This document shows positions 52,000 through 62,604 of a stretch of DNA of 64,000 nucleotides, in pieces; the first letter of the stretch is position 1; each line of letters starts with the position of its first letter. Origin of the DNA: Eledone cirrhosa (taxonomy: Eukaryota); assembly GCA_964016885.1 (NCBI GenBank), contig OZ024741.1, forward strand, positions 147,808,001 through 147,872,000, given 5' to 3'. The translations under genes were made by a program, and so were the position numbers. The notes beneath the pieces are model-generated. The model saw only the letters and a list, made by a program, of their open reading frames with translations, was not told where the DNA came from and ran no database searches.

Positions 52000-52450
52000 A
52001 ACAATAAAATTGAATAAGGAAACAAAACAAAGACAAATTAAGCTACGAAAGAAAGGGTTATGGAAATGGAGTGACAGGCTCTGCTGCACGCCGTGGGCAA
52101 ATGGCGAAAACATTGCGCGGAGAATAGCCAACGACACCCGCTGCAAAAGCCATCCTACCTCACAGGGTTCTTTCCTCATACATGATGCATTCTTCTCGAT
52201 TTTGCAGGACGAGGACAGCGCTGTCGAAATTAACTTTGCATATGAATTCAGCACAACATCAGATGGTGGCGTCGAGTTGGACGTAGTGGTCCGCGTGAGG
52301 TTAACAAGGTGCTCCGCACAACGTGAAGGGGTGTTGGAAGGGATGAAGGTTCCTCAGAAGGAAGAGCGCCGGATGTGCGTCAATGAACCGCAATATCTCC
52401 GTCGTTCTCGTCAGATTAGCATGTTTGGTCTTCAGGTGAAATAAGGAATT
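52000..52450 (-). mobile_element. CRE-like remnant; 52215-52450 is an inverted copy of 42123-42358
   Basis: GWLLQRVSLAILR motif and near-identical peptides in ORFs 42129-42425 (-) and 52010-52444 (+). Confidence 0.75.
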
Positions 52451-52535
52451 ATATATATATATATATAATCAAGGTTTAGCAAATAAGAAAAATTTTTTAA
52501 ATAAATTTTAAAAAGTTCACTGTACTCACATGGTT

Positions 52536-52622
52536 ACCTTTACCGAATCGGTTTCGAGTCTCAAAAATAAATGGACAGTCCTTGCGGCCTTCCATTGAAA
52601 AGATAAACTCTCGTCAGAAGGT
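52536..52622 (-). ncRNA. Type I hammerhead ribozyme with intact core
   Basis: Minus strand: ACCTT CTGACGA GAGT...ACTC GAAA CCG ATT CGG TA AAGGT. Stem I ACCTT/AAGGT, stem II GAGT/ACTC, stem III CCG/CGG, GUA cleavage triplet. Confidence 0.85.
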
Positions 52623-52795
52623 TCTTTTCACTCGGAGAATATAAAATTCCCGAGTTCAAATTACGAACTGGCGCTATTCAAAATTGTTCCCGAGATGAGA
52701 ATGAATGATGTGGAAGCAATTATGTCCGGTGCCGTGTGTAAAGATAGAAGCAGAGGTGTCCCTAGACGCTTTTTGCGTGTAGGGATATATACTTT

Positions 52796-52827
<32 letters not shown>

Positions 52828-53015
52828 TTAGGTATAGGATTACCCAAGATGTAGTAATGGTTAATTACTACACTGGATATGGTTGACGTACGGTGAGAGG
52901 TTACTCTACGAGTTATGGAAGAATTGTTGAAGAAACTTAGTTCCTGATCCTTCTGTATTCCGGAGTGTATATAAAGAATGAATAATAACAGGTAGACATC
53001 ATAAAAAGGTAATTT

Positions 53016-53139
53016 ATTCCGTGTGCTTACAAATGTTTCCACGGTGGTACTACAGCCTAGTTATGCTATGTGCAAATTTACAAGAATTTGCAGAACTCAA
53101 ATATCCAATGCTGTGACCACTGTATCCTCAAAGCAGAAT
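53016..53139 (-). ncRNA. Hammerhead copy in the inverted pLTR, core mutated to TTGAGGA
   Basis: Reverse complement of 59117-59240 with C3 changed to U. Confidence 0.6.
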
Positions 53140-53507
53140 GGTAAAATGTACAATGTAAATACCCTTAAGTGGGGTTGTTGGGGAAGATAGAGTAGAAAAG
53201 GAAGAGAGAAAAGTAGGGGAGAGGGAGAGAGAGAGAAAGATATGCAGGGGTTGGAGAAGTAGAAGAGAGTGGTTTGTAGATATCTTAATCAAAATGTTAT
53301 GGTAGGGGTTTTATTATACTGGTTACTTTTGGAGAGATGCGTTGATAGTTAAGGTCGGAATTATTTATTGCCCCAGAGGGCAAGTTCATAGATGTGGAGA
53401 GGGAGGTAGGCCAAAGGCGAGAGAGAGAGAGTGTAATGGATGTAGAGAGAGAGGTAGAGAGGGGACAGGGAACGACCATGAACATTAAGTTCAACAAACA
53501 TAGAAAT

Positions 53508-56500
53508 TATAGCGAGGATACTGGGTTGTATGAATGTAACAAAACGAGACATGGTTTGTGTATATAATATTTAATTAACGGTAGATAGAATACTTGACAT
53601 GTCAAAGATAGATGTTAGAATGAAACAAAGTTAGTAGTTACCGTTTTGATTGCCAGGCAAACGCGGCTGGCAGAGGACGCCTGGCTAAGGCCAGGCGCCT
53701 GTTGGCCAAATTAATGGCGGAGCCCAATGAGAAGCTCTTGACCAGGTGCCGAAAAGGCAATGTGAGAAAGGAAGCTTAAAGTTGTTAGTTTTATAGGGCT
53801 CTGACCGGAAGTTGCAGAAAGGGTTCCACTTCCCGTCTAGATCCTAATCAAAACAAGAGAGACAACCGCTACATAACCTCCCGCCAGAATTTTAGTGTAT
53901 AAAAATCGAAATGAAAATATGTAGCAAGTTGGCGAGAATGTTGTAACAGTCATGAAAATTACGACAAAAGAATGTTTGGAAAAATCAATGATAGATATCA
54001 AGGTAGCCAACCGCTCTTGGCCAGAGAACGACTGGACATCCATCTATCCATCACCCAAAGATACAATATAATAAAGTAAAAGTAATAGAAGAGCTCAAAG
54101 TTCAAAATATAGTTCACAGGTGTGCAATCACATGACAGCAGGAAAGAAAGTGTGTTCCAGAGAATGAATGCAGGTGGTTTCTGTTCTGTGGTATATCGTG
54201 AAATTTCCAACCTCCGAATGGATTTTCTCACAGGAAGAGTGCTGCAAAAATGAATTCTCTGGCTTTGGTGAAGCTGTATTGATGTATTGCTGTTGCTGCT
54301 GCTGTTGTCTCGCTGAGTGAGCGTATTCGGTGTTTAAATTCACAGTAAAAAAAATTTTTTTAGAAAAAATGAGTTGCGCAAAGTGCTAGAAATAGCAGCC
54401 GAAGTTGATGGTCGATGTTGAGAATGCGTTGACCTGGAAGGGTCAAGAGGCCAGCGACCAGAGAAATAAGCATTCTTAATAAATGCGCGGTTATCAACGG
54501 TAAATTTACATTGTAAATTTATAAACCGGCAAATAGAAGAATATAGCTTAAGGCTGAAGAATCCCTGGTGAGAAATGATATCTCTGGCGTGCGGCTGTCT
54601 GTGAGTAGAGACATCTCAGTGAATCGAGAATTTATGCTGCCTACACGTGCCAATACAAGGTTGAAAAAAAATATTTCTAACGCGCGAGAAAATGATAGTG
54701 CAATTTTGAAAGTGACAATGATGAAAAAGAAAGGCTTCAATCAGCATAATTATTGGTGTAAACTTTTGGAAAAAAAAAAAAAAAAAAAAAAAAAATTGAA
54801 CGATGAAGAAAACGATGAACAAAAAGACAATGGTTCATCGAAAATAAATGTTCCTGTTGAAATGTTATTTAAAGAATATCAAATTTCTTTTTTTTTTTTT
54901 TTTTTTTGAAAGAGTTCGTTGTAAGAAACGAGAAACATATATATATATCGTGAAATGTTTTTGTTTTTTTTTGTTTTGAAAGTGTTCGTTGTAAGAAACG
55001 AGAAACATATATATATATTGGTGAAATGCGACAGTTAATTGATGCGTGAGAGAAAAAGTCTGTCTGTGCGAATTCCACATGTGCGTGTGTGCGTGTCCTT
55101 GAGTATTTTCATAGTTTGTCGCTAAATTTGCTGTGTATTCGTAATGTTACTCACAAAACCAGATGTGCTATTTTTTTATTTTTTTTGGGGGGGGACCACT
55201 TATAGCGATGAACGGCTGCGTGTTCGTATCACGTCGGGGTCACCAATATAGCGAGGATACTGGGTTGTATGAATGTAACAAAACGAGACATGGTTTGTGT
55301 ATATAATATTTAATTAACGGTAGATAGAATACTTGACATGTCAAAGATAGATGTTAGAATGAAACAAAGTTAGTAGTTACCGTTTTGATTGCCAGGCAAA
55401 CGCGGCTGGCAGAGGACGCCTGGCTAAAGCCAGGGCGCCGGAAGGGCAATGAGAGAAAGTTAGCTTAAAGTTGTTAATTTTATAGGGTTCTGACCGGAAG
55501 TTGCAGAAAGGGTTCTACTTCCCGTCTAGATCCCAACCAAAACAAGGGAGACAACCGCTACATAACTTCCCGCCAGAATTTTAGTGTATAAAAATCGAAA
55601 TGAAAATATGTAGCAAGTTGGCGAGAATGTTGTAACAGGCATGAAAATTACGACAAAAGAATGTTTGGAAAAATCAATGCTAGATATCAAGGTAGTAAAG
55701 TAAGGGAAGGGCTCAAAGTTCAAATGTACAAAATATAGTTCACTGGTGTGCAATCACATGACCGCAGGAAAGAAAGTGTGTTCCAGAGAATGAATGCAGG
55801 TGGTCTCTGTTCTGTGGTATATCGTGAATTTCCAACCTCCGAATGGATTTTCTCACAGGAAGAGTGCTGCAAAAATAAATTCTCTGGCTTTGGTTGCTGT
55901 TGCTGTTGCTGTTGCTGCTGTATTGCTGTTGCTGTTGCTTCTGTATTGCTGTTGCTGCTGCTGTTGCTGCTGTATTGCTGTTGCTGTTGCTGCTGCGTTG
56001 CTGTTGCTGCTGCTGTCTCGCTGAGTGAGCGTATTCGGTGTTTAAATTCACAGTAAAAAAAATTTTTTTCAGAAAAAATGAGTTGCGCAAGGGGCTAGAA
56101 ATAGCAGCCGAAGTTGATGGTCGATGTTGAGAATGCGTTGACCTGGAAGGGTCAAGAGGCCAGCAACCAGAGAAATAAGCATTCTTAATAAATGCGCGGT
56201 TATCAACTGTAAATTTACATTGTAAATTTATAAACCGGCAAATAGAAGAATATAGCTTAAGGCTGAAGAATCCCTGGTGATAAATGATATCTCTGGCGTG
56301 CGGCTGTCTGTGAGTAGAGACATCTCTGTGAATCGAGAATTTGTGCTGCCTACACGTGCCAATACAAGGTTGAAAAAAAATAATATTTCTAACGCGCGAG
56401 AAAATGATAGTGCAATGTTGAAAGTGACAATGATGAAAAAGAAAGGCTTCACTCAGCATAATTATTGGTGTGAACTTTGGAAAAAAAAAAAAAAAACTTG

Positions 56501-56699
56501 AACTATGAAGAAAACGATGAACAAAAAGGCAATGGTTCATCGAAAATAAATGTTCCTGTTGTCTTGACCAGGTGCCGAAAAGGCAATGAGAGAAAGGAAG
56601 CTTAAAGTTGTTAGTTTTATAGGGCTCTGACCGGAAGTTGCAGAAAGGGTTCCACTTCCCGTCTAGATCCTAATCAAAACAAGGGAGACAACCGCTACA
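53508..56699 (-). mobile_element. Tandem three-LTR non-autonomous LTR retroelement (TRIM-like), probably Gypsy-dependent
   Basis: LTRs at 53508-53873, 55247-55562 and (partial) about 56563-56699, with termini TATAGCG...CGCTACA. TSD AAAT at 53504-53507 and 56700-56703. tRNA-Trp PBS ends at 55245. PPT-like GGCGGGAGGTTA precedes the LTR on the minus strand. Confidence 0.85.
55214..55245 (-). promoter_or_regulatory. Extended primer-binding site complementary to mature tRNA-Trp
   Basis: Plus strand GGCTGCGTGTTCGTATCACGTCGGGGTCACCA matches the 3' end of animal tRNA-Trp(CCA) including the CCA tail, 1 nt from the LTR. Confidence 0.88.
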
Positions 56700-59116
56700 A
56701 AATAATGAGCTGCAGAGCAACATGAAAGCACTACTCCGAAGATTGAAAAATACCAATGGAATTGTTGTGAAAACTGACAAGACCTCTAACGTGTATACCA
56801 TGGATATCGATACGTACAATAACTTCATACGCAACGAACTACACAAAAAATATAGAAAAACAAATGAAACTACGCTAGCAAATATTAACAACGAGGCATA
56901 TAAAGTGGTGAAGAATCTCAAGATAGACGATAGAACCGAGCCGATTATACCCGCTACCCCCACCTTCAACCTGAAGGACCATAAGGTAAATTTTGACTCT
57001 AACCCTAAGATTAGACTTATATGCCCTTCTAAATCAGACATAGGAAAAATTAGCAAACATATACTTGACAGAGTAATAACTCAAGTTAAAAAGAAAATTG
57101 AAATTAAATTATGGGGCAACACTAGCGAAGCAATTCGCTGGTTTAATAACGTTAAGAATAAGAATAAATCTAAGTTTATACAATTTGACATAGACGAATA
57201 CTACTCTTCCATCTCACCAAGCACTTTACGTAAGGCCCTATTGTTTGCTAGGGTCAATTCCGACCTAACGGAGGACGAAATTAATATTATTCTCGAGGCT
57301 AGAAAAACCATTATTAAGTTTGATAACTGCTACTGGGAACGTAAGGACAGACCAACAAACTTCGACATTACCATGGGTTCCAACGACTCAGCGGAGGTCA
57401 CGGATCTCGTGGGAATTTACATAGCCCCCATATTACATAGTAAATTTAGTAATCTACAGGGGGGGGGGATATACAGAGATGACGGGCTCTTATTAGTTAA
57501 TAACTTGAATAACCAAAATCGTGAAAGGCTACGGAAAATATTAGAAAATCTTTTAGTGAACTGGGTCTAAAAATAACATACGAATACAATCTTAAAGTAG
57601 TAAACTTTCTGGACGTAACTCTTAATTTAAATACCGGACAGATACGACCCTTCAACAAGATAAATGAGAACCTTACGTATATTAACTTTAACTCAAACCA
57701 CCCACTCTCCATGATCAAATCAGTTTCCCGGAGTATTTCTCTTAGAATCTCTCGCCTATCGTCTAACTCTGATATTTTCAGTGAACACGCTGAATACTAC
57801 AATAATGCATTAAGGAAGGTCGACCACCGGGATACAATAGAATACATTGATAGGAATTTCCATAACACACATAGCTCTACACGAAATCAAGGAATACGTA
57901 ACCGGGGTGCTAAAATACAAGCGCGCACACACAGTACTACCAGACATACTAATAATAGAAAATCACCACTAAATAAATCACGTTGTAGAAAGTATATCTG
58001 GTACAATCCTATTTTTAATGCCTCGATTAGTACAAAACTATCTCTTTCATTCTTTAAGTTAATCAACAAACATTTCCCTAGTTCCCATAAATACAGCAAA
58101 ATTCTGAACTCTAAAACTATTAGACTATCATACTCCACGGCACCAAACCTTGAAGCATACATAAAAAAACTTAACTTAAGGCAATTAAACAACTCTACAA
58201 AACAAAACATTTTAGTAACAGATGGGCAGAACGTAATATCTGCCTCCCAACCAATACATGGGAGACGGGTATTACACAATCCACCTGTACCGCTATCACA
58301 ACCTATCCATGGTATACCCGCTACCCACAACAAAGAATGTAACTACCATCTACCTGAAAGATGTCCATTGAAGAATAAATGCCTAAAGTCCAACATTGTT
58401 TACCAATGCACGACTCAATCGAACGACCAGAAATGGTATTATATCGGATCTACCACCACCTCGTTTAAATCTCGGTGGTACCGTCATCGATTCTCAATCA
58501 AACATCCTAATCACAGTTTTGTGACCACGCTCGCCAACAAGACCTGGCAACTCCGTGAACGCAACCAACAGTTCACCTTAAAATGGGATATACTTTTCAG
58601 CGCAAGTGCATATCGGAGTGGATTGAAATACTGCAGTAACTATAACATCGCTTTCTAGCTAACCACCCTCTCTTCCCCCACACTACAAGACAATACACTG
58701 CTTATCACTATAAATGGTAACTCAGTGCAATTCACAGATTACTACTACAAACCCAAAGTTCACTCACCACATAAACTTCGTCTGTCCCCTCTCTACCTCT
58801 CTCTCTACATCCATTACACTCTCTCTCTCTCTCGCATTTGGCCTACCTCCTTCTCCACATCTATGAACCTGCCCTCTGGGGCAATAAATAATTCCGACCT
58901 TAACTATCAACGCATCTCTCCAAAAGTATCCAGTATAATAAAACCCCTACCATAACATTTTGATTAAGATATCTACAAACCACTCTCTCCTACTTCTCCA
59001 ACCCCTGCATATCTTTCTCTCTCTCTCTCTCCCTCTCCCCTACTTTTCTCTCTTCCTTTTCTACTCTATCTTCCCCAACAACCCCACTTAAGGGTATTTA
59101 CATTGTACATTTTACC

Positions 59117-59240
59117 ATTCTGCTCTGAGGATACAGTGGTCACAGCATTGGATATTTGAGTTCTGCAAATTCTTGTAAATTTGCACGTAGCATAACTAGG
59201 CTGTAGTACCACCGTGGAAACATTTGTAAGCACACGGAAT
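59117..59240 (+). ncRNA. Type I hammerhead ribozyme in the Penelope pLTR, with long stem II
   Basis: TGCT CTGAGGA TACAGTGGT...ACCACCGTG GAAA C ATTT G TA AGCA, with inner hairpin TGCAAATT/AATTTGCA. Confidence 0.75.
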
Positions 59241-59875
59241 AAATTACCTTTTTATGATGTCTACCTGTTATTATTCATTCTTTATATACACTCCGGAATA
59301 CAGAAGAATCAGGAACTAAGTTTCTTCAACAATTCTTCCATAACTCGTAGAGTAACCTCTCACCGTACGTCAACCATATCCAGTGTAGTAATTAACCATT
59401 ACTACATCTTGGGTAATCCTATACCTAATAATCGCCTCCTACACAGTTGAGCAACCACACCGACACACGGCATTAATATGGAAAGGCATCATATAGGTAT
59501 GTCACTTAAAAACATACCTATACCTAACAAAAGGGAATATATTCTTAGTATGATTCAACGCAATAACGACTTCATTCGGCGTGTACGATGGAAAGCTTTC
59601 CATTTCGATAAAGGACGCGCCAGTCACTCGTCTGAATCATGTGGTTTTAAATCATGTAAAAACCCACCCACAAACCCTCATCTAGATGCTTTTGAACAAG
59701 ATTTAATGAAAACGACCATGAACATTAAGTTCAACAAACATAGAAATAATGAGCTGCAGAGCAACATGAAAGCACTACTCCGAAGATTGAAAAATACCAA
59801 TGGAATTGTTGTGAAAGCTGACAAGACTTCTAACGTGTATACCTTTTTATGATGTCTACCTGTTATTATTCATTC

Positions 59876-59904
<29 letters not shown>

Positions 59905-59906
<2 letters not shown>

Positions 59907-61055
59907 GTGGTTACACAACAGTTAGTTCACCATACCGAGAACAATTGTTTCACCTTAGTGGATCTTCAGCTCGGAATGGGCATGGTTATAGGAACAGGAA
60001 GGACAACCGTACGAACGCGCATGCGCAGAAACCCGGTCACTTCACACAGGCAATACTAGACTGCGTGCGAGAGGTGTAAGGGAGATAACTGCGAAAGTCC
60101 TAAAAGTTTCGAAAAAGTTTTGAAAAGTTTTGAAAATAAAATTACAAAGAATCAGTCCGGAGCCTGTGTTTGGCGACGTGTGAAAAATTCACTTTTCGTG
60201 TTTAGGCAATCACTATTGCGTAATCTCTTTAGAATAGTTATTCGTTCGTCAATATATAAGCCACACGTCGGATTTCCCCTTGCGTATGGCTTGACTTTGT
60301 GATGGCTTCCCATTGAATGGAGTAGTCTATACTTGAGTCCTTGAGGGACCATACGTGGCTCGCGAGTTTCGTGGATGAACATCTGTGCTGGTATCTGAAG
60401 GTAGACTGGTAGTTCAGGAAACGTTCCTTGAATCGACCCTCCGCCATGCCCACATAGGATTTGACCTACTGTGGTTCGTTTGGTCGGTTGGAAGTGACCA
60501 CAGCTTCATAGATTACAGCTGGTGTGTTGCATTGCTGTTGAAGGGGGAAAGCTTCAGCCTTACGGCAAGAGCACCCTGGTGAGGTGTTGGACTGAGTGCT
60601 CTACCACTACGGATATTACCTTCCAGTGTTCCACCTCTATATATATATATATATATATATATAGTAATAATAATAAATTTGAAGACTAAAATCCAAAGAG
60701 GGCTCGATAAGGATAAATATATATCAAATATATAAGAAGCGTAGAGCAAATATTTATTAAAATAACAGATTAAAGTTTAAGCAAAGAATCGCTGCTTTCA
60801 TCCTGAACGGGATCTTCTGAAACTAGTTTCGTCAATATATAAGCCACACGTCGGATTTCCCCTTGCGTATGGCTTGGACTTAGTGATGGCTTTCCATTGA
60901 ATGGAGTAGTCTATACTTGAGTCCTTGAGGGACCATTCGTGGATGAACGTCTGTGCTGGTATCTGAAGGTTGACTGGTGAAACTAGTTTCAGAAGATCCC
61001 GTTAAGGGTGAAAGCAGCGATTCTTTGCTTAAACCTTAATCTGTTATTTTAATAA
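59905..61055 (-). mobile_element. Fragments of another Penelope-like family (GIY-YIG C-terminus, rearranged)
   Basis: YVGMAEGRFKERFLNYQSTFR...LASHVWSLK. Inverted repeat of about 60755-60830 against 60980-61055 encloses a duplicated GIY-YIG piece. Confidence 0.75.
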
Positions 61056-61623
61056 CATTATGAAGAGAGAAGAAACATTAGATATATTTAGTAATAAGAT
61101 ATATCATACCTAGCTGCTTCTATAGTCCCCGACTACGTAGTTTCGTGGCATATTATGCAAAATATATATACAATATATAGAGAGAAACACACATATACAT
61201 GCGGACACATACATACACATGAATATATCCACATATATCCCTGAGTTAGTGGTACCAACCTCAACCGATGTTGTTCTATGAATAACTGGGACAAACCAAT
61301 CCGAATGGATCAGACTGATTCAGTATCAGGGGCTAAATAATACATTATGAAGAGAGAAGAAACATTAGATATAATTAGTAATAAGATATATCATACCTAG
61401 CTGCTTCTATAGTCCCCGACTACGTAGTTTCGTGGCATATTATGAAAAAACACTAGATCATAGAGATATGTGGTTCTGCCGACTTATCAAGGGGATACCT
61501 CATTAAGTGTTTCAAAACACGTCTGTGATGCGCGAGATAGAATCTCGAAAAGGCGGAGGGAGAGTCAATCACGTGATACAGCGGTCAAGTGTGTTTCTCT
61601 CTCTCTCTATATATATATATATA

Positions 61624-61672
<49 letters not shown>

Positions 61673-61680
61673 TATATATA

Positions 61681-62018
61681 TACACAAATGAATATATGAG
61701 AGGGATGCACATGTGTCACAGCGTCTAACCCGTCCCATACTCGTGCCGCTAAAAATAGCAGCCGGTTTTATGGGACTAAGCACAGGAATAGTGACATTCA
61801 CTTAATAATTGTTGCGAAACAAATTTAGAATTTGTCCGGGTATCACGGCCATTGCCAATATAGGTTTGTTATTTTTATTGATTTATTATTTTAAATCGAG
61901 ACAGGCAAACCATATTATTTTAAATTAGTATTCTTCAACCTAGCTAACTTGGTCATTTGCAATTGGAACACATGTATACTTGTATCAGTGTACATCCCTC
62001 TCATATATTCATTTGTAT
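61681..62018. mobile_element. MITE with ~25-bp terminal inverted repeats, plus an inverted half copy at about 62365-62527
   Basis: CAAATGAATATATGAGAGGGATG...CATCCCTCTCATATATTCATTTG, adjoining (TA)n. Confidence 0.65.
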
Positions 62019-62088
62019 TACACGGCTCGGAAATATTCCCTTCTTTGAGCTATTTAATTGTAAAAGACTATTTCGAGTTTATAACTCA

Positions 62089-62235
<147 letters not shown>

Positions 62236-62521
62236 TAAGTATGTATACGTACATATATGTATACAGACGTACAGTAGTATGTATATATATATACATACAT
62301 GCACACATATATATATGTACGTATGGATTCACCGAACATTTATTATAATGTTCGGGATGTTTGCGATACCCGAACAAATTCTAAATTTGTTTCGCAACAA
62401 TTATTAAGTGAATGTCACTATTCCTGTGCTTAGTCCCATAAAACCGGCTGCTATTTTAGCGGCACGAGTATGGGACGGGTTAGACGCTGTGACACATGTG
62501 CATCCCTCTCATATATTCATT

Positions 62522-62602
<81 letters not shown>

Positions 62603-62604
<2 letters not shown>

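Larger units (their letters stand above)
52810..59885 (+). mobile_element. Penelope-like element: inverted 5' pLTR, RT and GIY-YIG ORF, 3' pLTR and partial tandem ORF start; interrupted by an LTR element
   Basis: 52810-53470 is the reverse complement of about 58783-59430. ORF pieces 56722-57570 (FDI, TMGS, YRDDG) and 57711-58658 (NIVYQC...YYIGST). N-terminus SLKNIPIP at 59478-59845. Confidence 0.92.

Noticed and set aside
55214-55245. tRNA-Trp gene
   Set aside because: Only the 3' part is present, it includes the post-transcriptional CCA, and it abuts an LTR, so it is a primer-binding site.
55740-56540. 266-aa ORF with poly-Q/N/A
   Set aside because: Low complexity, not kept open in the tandem copy at about 54100-54860, and no recognisable domain.
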